A stretch of 64,000 nucleotides of DNA, taken from an uncultured Bacteroidales bacterium (GTDB taxonomy: Bacteria; Bacteroidota; Bacteroidia; Bacteroidales; UBA10428). The notes under the pieces were generated by a model. That model did no database searches. It was not told where the DNA came from and saw nothing but the letters and a program-made list of their open reading frames with translations. Shown in pieces: positions 40,900 to 48,993 of the stretch (position 1 is the first letter of the stretch; each line of letters begins with the position of its first letter). The stretch covers positions 7,008 through 71,007 of the forward strand of contig CAYWUI010000007.1 in the NCBI GenBank assembly GCA_964461435.1, written 5' to 3'. The translations under genes and the position numbers were made by a program.

Positions 40900-41901
40900 A
40901 TGAGCCTTTTTAAACCAATTGAAAATCTTGACAATGATAATAAAGAAATAAATCCTGTGACAGAGGCAGAAAGAGTAAGATGTCTTATTATAGGTTCGGG
41001 GCCTGCAGGTTACACTGCTGCCATTTATGCAGCAAGGGCAAACCTTAAACCCGTTTTATATGAAGGATTGGAGCCTGGGGGACAGTTGACAACAACGACC
41101 GAAGTGGAAAATTATCCCGGCTACCCTGAGGGCGTGAGCGGACCAAAGATGATGGACGATTTTAAGAAGCAGGCAGAAAGATTTGGTGCCGATTGCCGCC
41201 AGGGAATTGCTACCGGGGTTGATCTGTCATCTGCTCCCTATAAGGTCACAATTGACAGCACCCATGTTCTTCAAACCGACACTCTGATTATTGCTACGGG
41301 GGCAACAGCCCGCTACCTGGGACTGGAATCGGAAAAAAAATTCAGGGGCTCAGGAGTATCGGCTTGCGCAACCTGCGATGGCTTTTTTTATAAAGGTAAA
41401 GATGTTGCAGTCGTCGGAGGTGGTGATTCGGCATGCGAAGAGGCATTATATCTGGCAGGTTTATGTAATAAGGTGTACATGATCATCAGGAAGAATTATA
41501 TGAGAGCCAGCAAAATTATGCAGGAAAGAGTATTCAACACGCCTAATATTGAAATACTGTTTGAAAGGAACACAAGGGAGCTGCGTGGCAAAGATCTTCT
41601 GGAGGAAGCGGTGCTCATAAAAAGAAAGGGGCAGCCTGATGAAAAGGAAGAAGTAATAAAGATTGACGGATTTTTCCTTGCCATAGGCCATGTACCAAAC
41701 TCCCAATTGTTTAAAGGCTATGTTGAAACCGATGAAACGGGTTATATTAAGACTCTTCCGGGCTCGTCAAAAACAAATATCCCCGGTATTTTTGCATGTG
41801 GAGATATCCAGGATCCTGTATACAGGCAGGCAGTGACAGCTGCAGGCTCAGGATGCCGGGCAGCAATCGACGCCGAAAGGTACTTGTCAGCTTCTACTTA
41901 A
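40900..41901 (+). CDS. trxB: Thioredoxin-disulfide reductase
   Basis: I chose ATG 40900 (MSLFKP...) over the ORF-track TTG at 40843. Motifs are GSGPAGYTAAIYAARA (FAD), CATCDG (redox disulfide), VVGGGDSACEEA (NADPH) and GDIQD. Confidence 0.95.
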   Translation: MSLFKPIENLDNDNKEINPVTEAERVRCLIIGSGPAGYTAAIYAARANLKPVLYEGLEPGGQLTTTTEVENYPGYPEGVSGPKMMDDFKKQAERFGADCRQGIATGVDLSSAPYKVTIDSTHVLQTDTLIIATGATARYLGLESEKKFRGSGVSACATCDGFFYKGKDVAVVGGGDSACEEALYLAGLCNKVYMIIRKNYMRASKIMQERVFNTPNIEILFERNTRELRGKDLLEEAVLIKRKGQPDEKEEVIKIDGFFLAIGHVPNSQLFKGYVETDETGYIKTLPGSSKTNIPGIFACGDIQDPVYRQAVTAAGSGCRAAIDAERYLSAST

Positions 41902-43141
41902 GGAATGACCCTACCTTATCAGATTTATAACTTCCGGCTACCAGTTTTTCATAAACCTCTCCGAATGCCCTGATAGTCTCCTCTGCATCTTTAAGGGTAT
42001 GGACAGCCGTAGGAATAATCCTCAGCATTATAACATCCCTGGGTACTACCGGATATAGTACAATTGAGCAGAATATCCTGTAATTCTCCCTCAGATCAAT
42101 AACCATATTACTGGCTTCAACAACTGAACCTGAAAGAAATACGGGCGTCACCGGCGATTCAGTATTTCCCAGGTTAAATCCTTTTTCTTTTAGTCCGCTT
42201 TGCAGGGCTTTTACAATCTTCCAGAGATTTTCCCTTAACTGGGGCTGTGATTTAAGCAGTTCCAGGCGTTTTATGGCACCAACAACCATCGGCATAGGTA
42301 ATGCTTTTGCAAATACCTGTGAACGCATATTATACCTCAGATAATTTATAATATCTTCATTACCTGCAACAAAAGCCCCTATACCTGCCATTGACTTTGC
42401 AAAGGTTGAAAAATAAAGATCAATTTCGTCCTGCACGCCGAAGTGTTCACCGGTGCCGGCTCCTGTTTTGCCCATGGTTCCGAAACCGTGAGCGTCGTCA
42501 ACCAGGATCCTGAAATTAAATTTTTTCTTAAGTGCAGTTATTTTATCAAGCTTTGCCAAATCACCCGCCATACCATACACTCCCTCGGTAACAACCAGGA
42601 TTCCGCCACCCGTCTGATCAACAAGCCTGGCAGCTCTACCCAGCTGCTTTTCACAACTATCAATATTATTATGGGGAAACACGAATCTCTTTCCAAGGTG
42701 AAGACGTACACCGTCGAAAATACAGGCATGAGCCTCAGAATCATACACCACAACATCATTCCTGCCCAGGAGGGAATCAATAATCGATATAATACCCTGA
42801 TATCCGTAATTGAGAAGAAATGCATCTTCCTTGCTCACAAATTCCGCAAGCTGCCTTTCCAGCTCCTCATGCTTACTTGTTTGCCCGGTCAACAACCTGG
42901 AGCCCATAGGATAGGCCATCCCCCACTCTTTTGCTGCTTCAGCATCGGCCTTCCTGACTTCAGGATGATTTGCCAGTCCAATGTAGTTATTTAAACTCCA
43001 TACCAGTACTTCCTTGCCTCTGAAATTCATTCGTGCTCCCAGCTCACCTTCCAGTTTTGGAAATATGAAATATCCGTGGCCAACTTGCTGATACTGTCCA
43101 AGAGGCCCCTTATTCCTGTAAATCTTATCAAATATGTCCAC
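41894..43141 (-). CDS. PLP-dependent alpha-oxoamine synthase family enzyme (KBL/BioF/serine-palmitoyltransferase-like)
   Basis: 415 aa. Motifs are NNYIGLANHPEV, DSEAHACIFDGVRL, DDAHGFG and the PLP-lysine context STFAKSMAG. Substrate cannot be assigned from sequence alone. Confidence 0.85.
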   Translation of the reverse strand: MDIFDKIYRNKGPLGQYQQVGHGYFIFPKLEGELGARMNFRGKEVLVWSLNNYIGLANHPEVRKADAEAAKEWGMAYPMGSRLLTGQTSKHEELERQLAEFVSKEDAFLLNYGYQGIISIIDSLLGRNDVVVYDSEAHACIFDGVRLHLGKRFVFPHNNIDSCEKQLGRAARLVDQTGGGILVVTEGVYGMAGDLAKLDKITALKKKFNFRILVDDAHGFGTMGKTGAGTGEHFGVQDEIDLYFSTFAKSMAGIGAFVAGNEDIINYLRYNMRSQVFAKALPMPMVVGAIKRLELLKSQPQLRENLWKIVKALQSGLKEKGFNLGNTESPVTPVFLSGSVVEASNMVIDLRENYRIFCSIVLYPVVPRDVIMLRIIPTAVHTLKDAEETIRAFGEVYEKLVAGSYKSDKVGSFLK

Positions 43142-43324
43142 AGTTATTGGTTTTTAATGTTATTAATGCTCTGTCGTTTTTAATTTTCAGCACAAATGTA
43201 ATTTTTTTTGAAATTAAGACAAATTTAATGAGCTATTCAAATAATAATTCTGAAAATAAATTTTCAATGAATAACGTTACATATTTATCACTTAATAATT
43301 TGTATTTTATTTAAATAAAAATTG

Positions 43325-43332
43325 TAATTTTG
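43325..43332 (+). promoter_or_regulatory. Candidate -7 promoter box TAATTTTG for bamD-rpoZ-coaBC
   Basis: Exact TAnnTTTG match. The box ends 16 nt upstream of ATG 43349. Confidence 0.4.
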
Positions 43333-43348
43333 GGCGATATTTTAAAAT

Positions 43349-44170
43349 ATGAGTAAAAACTTTGTAATTACATCATTACTGGCTCTCCTGATTTTTTCCT
43401 GTTCAAGATATGAAAGATTATTGAAGAGTAGTGATTATAACCTTAAATATAAAAAAGCATTTGAATATTATGACAAAGGTGAATATGTACGGGCTTCAAC
43501 ACTGTTCGACCAGATTTCTTCAATTTTCAGGGGTACCAATAAGGCTGACTCGGTATATTTTTACCAGGCAATGAGTTATTTTAACCAGAATGATTTTATT
43601 CTTGCCACACATTATTTTGAAACTTTTGTAAAAACTTATGGCAACAGCAGATTTGCAGAAGATGCAAGCTACTATAAAGCAATTTGTTATTACAAAACAT
43701 CACCAAGGCCAGAACTTGACCAGGCAAATACAATTCTGGCTATTCAATCGCTTCAATTATTCATAATTAAATACCCTGGCAGTCCGAGAGTTGAAGAATG
43801 TAAAAATATAATAACTGAACTGAGAGAAAAGCTTGTCGAGAAGTCATTTATGAGTGCCAGATTATATTTTGACCTGGAAGACTATAAAGCATCTATTGTA
43901 GCCCTGAATACAAGTCTGGGTGAATTTCCCGATAGTAAATTCAGGGAAGATATCATGTTTTTAATTCTTAAGTCAAGTTATTTATTGGCTTACAACAGCA
44001 TTGAAAAGAAAAAAAAGGAAAGATACCAGGCATCTGCAGACGAATACTACTCATTTATTACGGAGTTTCCTGATAGCAAGTACAGGAAGGAAGCTGACAA
44101 AATGTACGAAAATACTTCAAAAATATTAAAAGTAGATAATGATTTAAATCAAACGGAAGATGGATTATAA
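43349..44170 (+). CDS. bamD: Outer-membrane protein assembly factor BamD (TPR lipoprotein)
   Basis: 273 aa. Lipobox LALLIFSC. It is TPR-like and begins YKKAFEYYDKGEYVRAS. Confidence 0.88.
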   Translation: MSKNFVITSLLALLIFSCSRYERLLKSSDYNLKYKKAFEYYDKGEYVRASTLFDQISSIFRGTNKADSVYFYQAMSYFNQNDFILATHYFETFVKTYGNSRFAEDASYYKAICYYKTSPRPELDQANTILAIQSLQLFIIKYPGSPRVEECKNIITELREKLVEKSFMSARLYFDLEDYKASIVALNTSLGEFPDSKFREDIMFLILKSSYLLAYNSIEKKKKERYQASADEYYSFITEFPDSKYRKEADKMYENTSKILKVDNDLNQTEDGL

Positions 44171-44486
44171 AAAGACAAAAGCATCTGCAACAACTGTAAC
44201 CAGAAACCTGGACCAGCTGGAGAAGGACACGGGCAACATATATGAAACCGTTATAATTTGTGCCAAAAGAGCAAACCAGATAGGTATGGAAATTAAAGAA
44301 GAGCTGAACCGCAAACTTGAGGAATTTGCCTATTATACAGATAATCTTGAAGAGGTATTTGAGAATCGTGAACAAATAGAGATTTCCAAGTTTTATGAGC
44401 GTATGCCCAAGCAGACACTTATTGCACTGGATGAATATGAGAATGAGAAAATATATATCAGAAGAGTTGAAAACGAAGAAGCCTGA
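44160..44486 (+). CDS. rpoZ: DNA-directed RNA polymerase subunit omega
   Basis: 108 aa. It has the NIYETVIICAKRANQI core motif and the conserved Bacteroidota position after bamD. Confidence 0.85.
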   Translation: MDYKKTKASATTVTRNLDQLEKDTGNIYETVIICAKRANQIGMEIKEELNRKLEEFAYYTDNLEEVFENREQIEISKFYERMPKQTLIALDEYENEKIYIRRVENEEA

Positions 44487-45061
44487 TGTTAAAAGGTAAA
44501 AAAATAATCCTTGGAGTAACCGGCAGCATAGCAGCATATAAAGCTGCCATACTTATCAGGCTGCTTATTAAAGAAGGAGCGGAAGTAAAAGTGATAATGA
44601 CCGGACTGGCAAGGGAGTTTATCACACCCTTAACTTTGGCTGCTCTTTCCGGGAATCCTGTTATGGCTGACTTCTTCAATCCTGAAAACGGGGAATGGAA
44701 TAATCATGTCAAATTGAGCCTGTGGGCAGATGCCATGGTGATTGCACCGGCAACAGCAAATACCATAGGAAAGATGGCTAACGGGATTGCAGATAATCTG
44801 CTGCTTACAACGTACCTCGCTGCCAGATGTCCGGTTTTCATAGCTCCGGCTATGGACAGGGATATGTATAATCATAAGGCCACGAAAACAAACATTCAAA
44901 CCCTGCAATCGGCCGGGAATATTGTTTTTGAAGCTGCTGCGGGTGAACTGGCAAGCGGACTGGAAGGTAAAGGAAGGATGGAAGACCCTGCCGCAATAGT
45001 CAGTGAGCTTAAAAAGTATTTTAAAGACAATGCGCTAAAAAAAAACTCCGCGACAAACTGA
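44486..45061 (+). CDS. coaBC: coaBC, 5' reading frame: phosphopantothenoylcysteine decarboxylase (CoaC flavoprotein) half, terminated prematurely after a frame change
   Basis: 191 aa. It has the flavoprotein motif GVTGSIAAYKA and PAMDRDMYNH. The frame ends ...KDNALKKNSATN* right after the A9 run (45037-45045). TGATG overlap with rpoZ. Confidence 0.9.
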   Translation: MLKGKKIILGVTGSIAAYKAAILIRLLIKEGAEVKVIMTGLAREFITPLTLAALSGNPVMADFFNPENGEWNNHVKLSLWADAMVIAPATANTIGKMANGIADNLLLTTYLAARCPVFIAPAMDRDMYNHKATKTNIQTLQSAGNIVFEAAAGELASGLEGKGRMEDPAAIVSELKKYFKDNALKKNSATN

Positions 45062-45147
45062 TTAACAAAAGAATACTTGTAACCGCGGGTCCGACCATCG
45101 AAAATATTGATCCCGTAAGATATATCAGCAATTATTCATCAGGGAAA

Positions 45148-45702
45148 ATGGGCTATGCCCTGGCTGAAGAGCTCGCAAACTCGGGTGTAAAAGTGACATT
45201 GATCAGTGGTCCTGTCAGCCTTTCAGTAAACCATCCTGACATAGAAATTATTAATGTAATTAACGCTGACGACATGTATAAACAAGCCCTGAACAGGTTC
45301 AGTGACATGCACGGGGCAATTCTTGCAGCTGCCGTAGCCGATTACAGGCCAAAAAATGTATCACTCAAAAAAATTAAAAGCTCTGAAAAAGACCTGGTTA
45401 TACAGCTTGAACCTACGGTTGATATTGCCGGCGAGCTGGGAAAACGGAAGAACAAAAACCAGTTCCTTGCCGGCTTTGCCCTCGAAGTGGATAATGAACT
45501 TGAAAATGCACGAATAAAACTCAGGAATAAAAACCTTGATTTTATCGTCCTGAATTCCATTAAAACCAGGGGAGCCGGCTTTCAGCATGATACGAACAAA
45601 ATCTCAATAATAGATAAAAACAATAAACTAACTAATTTTAAGTTAAAGTATAAAAAAGACGTTGCTAAAGATATCGTTGATAAAATAGCAGAAATAATAT
45701 AA
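45148..45702 (+). CDS. coaBC: coaBC, 3' reading frame: phosphopantothenate--cysteine ligase (CoaB) half
   Basis: The ORF track begins at MGYALAEE. The same frame is open back to 45025 and encodes KKKLRDKLINKRILVTAGPTIENIDPVRYISNYSSGK, the conserved CoaB N-terminus. There is no ATG, GTG or TTG in that stretch, so this is a continuation of the upstream gene rather than a separate gene. Confidence 0.88.
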   Translation: MGYALAEELANSGVKVTLISGPVSLSVNHPDIEIINVINADDMYKQALNRFSDMHGAILAAAVADYRPKNVSLKKIKSSEKDLVIQLEPTVDIAGELGKRKNKNQFLAGFALEVDNELENARIKLRNKNLDFIVLNSIKTRGAGFQHDTNKISIIDKNNKLTNFKLKYKKDVAKDIVDKIAEII

Positions 45703-45709
45703 TTAAATT

Positions 45710-46615
45710 ATGACAAAGACCATCCTGACAGTTTTGATATTCCTTTACAGTCTGAATATATATTCGCAGGAACTGAACTGCAATGTTCAGATAGTCACCC
45801 AGCAGATCCAGGGGACAAATAAACAGGTATTTCAAACAATGCAGGAGGCAATATATGAGTTTATGAATAATACTGCCTGGACTTCCAATGTATTTGAGCT
45901 GGAAGAAAGGATAGAGTGCACCATGTTATTTAACCTGCAGGAACAAATTGGAGATGATGAGTTTAAGGGCACCCTGCAAATCCAGGTGCGCAGACCTGTA
46001 TATAACAGCTCTTTAAATACCGTACTGTTTAATTACGTGGATAATGACCTGCATTTTAGTTATGTCGAATACCAGCCCCTGCAATTTAGTGAGAATACAC
46101 ATATTTTAAACCTTACATCAATTCTGGCATATTATGCCTATATAATACTGGGACTCGATTATGATTCGTTTTCGTATGAAGGAGGCACGGAATTTTTCCA
46201 GAAAGCCGAAAAGATAGTAAACAATGCCCAGAATGCCTCAGAAAAAGGATGGAAATCAGTTGACAGCCAGAGCCGCAAAAACAGGTACTGGCTTATTAAT
46301 AATATATTAAACGAAGATTTCAGTCCGGTCAGGGAATTTATTTACAGGTATCACCGGCTCGGACTTGATAAGATGTATGAAAAGCTCAATGAAGCCAGGG
46401 CTGAAATAGCGGAAAGCTTAAAATTGCTGCAACAGGTTTACAGAAATAAACCTGATCCGTTCATGCATTTTTTACAGGTTATATACGACGCTAAATCAGA
46501 CGAGTTTGTAAATATTTTCAAGGAATCATTCCAGGATGAAAAAACCCGCGTTTTCACACTTCTCAACGAAATTGACCCTGCAAATACAAACAAATACGAG
46601 GCTATACTAAAGTAG
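45710..46615 (+). CDS. Conserved Bacteroidota secreted protein (DUF4835-like) between coaBC and recN
   Basis: 301 aa. Signal peptide MTKTILTVLIFLYSLNIYSQ. I recall the family name and synteny from memory. I recognise no catalytic motif. Confidence 0.55.
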   Translation: MTKTILTVLIFLYSLNIYSQELNCNVQIVTQQIQGTNKQVFQTMQEAIYEFMNNTAWTSNVFELEERIECTMLFNLQEQIGDDEFKGTLQIQVRRPVYNSSLNTVLFNYVDNDLHFSYVEYQPLQFSENTHILNLTSILAYYAYIILGLDYDSFSYEGGTEFFQKAEKIVNNAQNASEKGWKSVDSQSRKNRYWLINNILNEDFSPVREFIYRYHRLGLDKMYEKLNEARAEIAESLKLLQQVYRNKPDPFMHFLQVIYDAKSDEFVNIFKESFQDEKTRVFTLLNEIDPANTNKYEAILK

Positions 46616-46734
46616 CACGTGACCGTTTGTTTAATATCCTGTTGAAAAGCTTTTAATATTAAATAATCTTATTTTAATTTAAAATTATTCTTTTTGCGTA
46701 ATTTTATTCCGCCCTGTTATTTAAGTAGTATTTA

Positions 46735-48390
46735 ATGATTCAGTCTTTATCAATAGAGAACTATGCAATAATAAACAGCCTGGAGATAAATTTTAACAGG
46801 GGGCTGTCAATAATCACCGGTGAAACCGGTGCAGGAAAATCTATTCTGCTGGGAGCCCTTTCTTTAATTCTCGGAAAGAGGGCAGACACTTCAATTCTTA
46901 AAGACAAAAAAAGAAAATGTATAGTTGAAGGGACTTTTGATATAAGAGATTACGGTTTTCAAAATTTCTTTATCGAAAATGATATTGATTATGAAGATTT
47001 TACTATTCTCAGAAGAGAGATTTCACCAAACGGTAAATCCAGGGCATTTATTAATGACTCACCCGTAAATCTGAATGTACTAAGTGAAACAGGAATCAGA
47101 TTCATTGACATACACTCCCAGCATCAGAACCTGAATCTTGGCAACAGCCAGTTCCAGTTAAAAGTTATAGACTGTTACTCACAATCAGGGGAATTGCTGA
47201 AACAATACCAGGAGGTATATAACTTTTACAGGAAGCTATTAAAGGAATATCACGAATTACAGGAAAAATCCAGACAATCGCAGGCTGACATGGATTACTA
47301 CCAGTTTCAGCATGATCAGCTGGATGTTGCCAAATTAAAAGATAACGAGCAGGATGAACTGGAACAGGAACTGGAAACCCTGAATCATGCCGAAGAAATA
47401 AAAAACAGTCTGGATAACTCGTACGGACTGCTTGGCGGTAATGATAATTCCGTACTGAGCCAGCTCAAAGATATATATTCGCTCATCAGTAAAATTATTA
47501 AATTCCTGCCTGGGGTCTCTGATTACGGAAAGAGACTCGAAAGTGCCTATATTGAATTAAAGGATATTGGAAACGAACTTGAATCGCTAAAGGAAAAAAT
47601 AGAGCTTGATCCCGGAAAACTGGAATATATAAATGAAAGACTTGACTTGATATATTCACTTCAGCAAAAGCATAAAGTAAATACTATAAAAGACCTGCTG
47701 GATATAAAAGTATCGCTAAAGCAAAAGATTGATGAAGTTTCATCTTATGAGTCGCGGCTTGAAGAACTTAAGAAAAAAACTGATGACAGTGAAAACAAAT
47801 TAAATATACTGGCCCGCAGGCTGTCAATGCGAAGGCAGGAGTCTTTAAAAAAGATTGAAAAAGAAATTACCTTATTGCTTATTGATTTGGGTATTCCTAA
47901 CGGAAGGTTCGAAATACAGCATGATACAGGCACAGATTATACAATAAACGGTATCGACAGGGTTCAGTTACTGTTTTCAGCCAATAAGAATATTGAATTA
48001 CAGGAGATTTCAAGAATTGCTTCAGGAGGAGAGTTATCGAGATTAATGCTGAGCATCAAATCGCTTCTGTCTGATTCAGCCGGACTGCCAACAATAATTT
48101 TTGATGAAATAGATATGGGCGTTTCGGGAGAAATTGCAGATAAAGTCGGTAACATTATAAAAAGAATGTCCTCAGGAATGCAGATAATCAATATTACACA
48201 TCTTCCCCAGGTCGCCTGTAAGGGTGACTTCCATTACCTTGTATATAAGTCTGATGAGGGTGAATCCACTACTGCCCATATCAAACTTCTCAATAATGAA
48301 GAAAGGCATATTGAAATTGCAAGGATGCTAAGTGGTGAGGAGCTTACTGAAGCTGCTATGCAAAATGCCAGGGAGCTTCTTAAAAACTGA
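46735..48390 (+). CDS. recN: DNA repair protein RecN
   Basis: 551 aa. Walker A is GETGAGKS. It has a long coiled-coil middle, the signature ASGGELSRLMLS and Walker B IIFDEID. Confidence 0.95.
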   Translation: MIQSLSIENYAIINSLEINFNRGLSIITGETGAGKSILLGALSLILGKRADTSILKDKKRKCIVEGTFDIRDYGFQNFFIENDIDYEDFTILRREISPNGKSRAFINDSPVNLNVLSETGIRFIDIHSQHQNLNLGNSQFQLKVIDCYSQSGELLKQYQEVYNFYRKLLKEYHELQEKSRQSQADMDYYQFQHDQLDVAKLKDNEQDELEQELETLNHAEEIKNSLDNSYGLLGGNDNSVLSQLKDIYSLISKIIKFLPGVSDYGKRLESAYIELKDIGNELESLKEKIELDPGKLEYINERLDLIYSLQQKHKVNTIKDLLDIKVSLKQKIDEVSSYESRLEELKKKTDDSENKLNILARRLSMRRQESLKKIEKEITLLLIDLGIPNGRFEIQHDTGTDYTINGIDRVQLLFSANKNIELQEISRIASGGELSRLMLSIKSLLSDSAGLPTIIFDEIDMGVSGEIADKVGNIIKRMSSGMQIINITHLPQVACKGDFHYLVYKSDEGESTTAHIKLLNNEERHIEIARMLSGEELTEAAMQNARELLKN

Positions 48391-48436
48391 CCGGGGTAAA
48401 AGCTACAGGCTGGTACATCAGCGAATATAATTGTAC

Positions 48437-48482
48437 GCAGGTTTCTGCCGATATATTAAGCAGGTTTCTACCGATATAATTT
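48437..48482. repeat. Imperfect tandem direct repeat, 2 x 23 nt
   Basis: GCAGGTTTCTGCCGATATATTAA (48437-48459) is followed directly by GCAGGTTTCTACCGATATAATTT (48460-48482). About 19 of 23 positions are identical. It lies in the 603-bp non-coding gap between recN and susC. Confidence 0.7.
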
Positions 48483-48907
48483 TGATACCGGCAAATCACC
48501 GCTTTATATTGTCTTTGAAGATATCTGGCTGACATAGCCGGATCAGATAATGAACTTATTGATACGGACATAGAAAATATGGGATTAAATGATGTAAAAA
48601 TTTTCAATCCCCGGGATAAAATTGTTGAATTTTTAATAAATCTTCAGCAAACTATAATGATTTTTCAGTCTTTCCGCATAAAATATGATTTTTGACAAAA
48701 TAAATAATAATGGTGGTGAATATAACTTTTTTGGTGGTAAAACAACTTAAATTTGTTTTTTATGCCTCCATAACTCCCATTATAATAATCAATTAGTAAA
48801 TAAGCCGTATATTTATTTACATTGATTTCATATTTATTCAATGTATTAACTTAATTATTAAACAGTTAAAAACACTTCACTATATTTTATTTTTTAAGAT
48901 TTTTTTA

Positions 48908-48915
48908 TAGATTTG
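48908..48915 (+). promoter_or_regulatory. Candidate -7 promoter box TAGATTTG for the first SusC/SusD operon
   Basis: Exact TAnnTTTG match. The box ends 78 nt upstream of ATG 48994. Confidence 0.35.
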
Positions 48916-48993
48916 AGCTATTGAAGTAATAGAATGTTGTATCTAGTAATTTTTTTTAATTATTAGCCTATTAAAAACCTAAAATTATTATCT

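Noticed and set aside
42443-42994. 183-aa and 95-aa ORFs antisense to or overlapping the alpha-oxoamine synthase gene
   Set aside because: The minus-strand 415-aa product has full-length PLP-enzyme motifs. The overlapping ORFs have no motifs and unusual composition.
44058-44537. 159-aa minus-strand ORF spanning the bamD/rpoZ/coaBC junction
   Set aside because: It overlaps three well-supported plus-strand genes. It is Cys/Phe/Leu-rich with no signal or motif, a typical shadow ORF.
44486-45702. Reading coaC and coaB as naturally separate genes, as in some Firmicutes
   Set aside because: The CoaB frame encodes its conserved N-terminus (ILVTAGPT...) upstream of the first available start codon. 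The two frames also overlap only around the A9 tract. This is a frame disruption of a fused gene, not a natural split.
48380-48607. 75-aa minus-strand ORF in the recN-susC gap, and a ~58-codon plus-strand open frame (48519-48695) with an internal ATG at 48579
   Set aside because: Neither has a signal peptide, a recognisable motif or a promoter box in the right place. The minus ORF overlaps the recN stop. I kept the region as non-coding but flagged its repeats as a finding.
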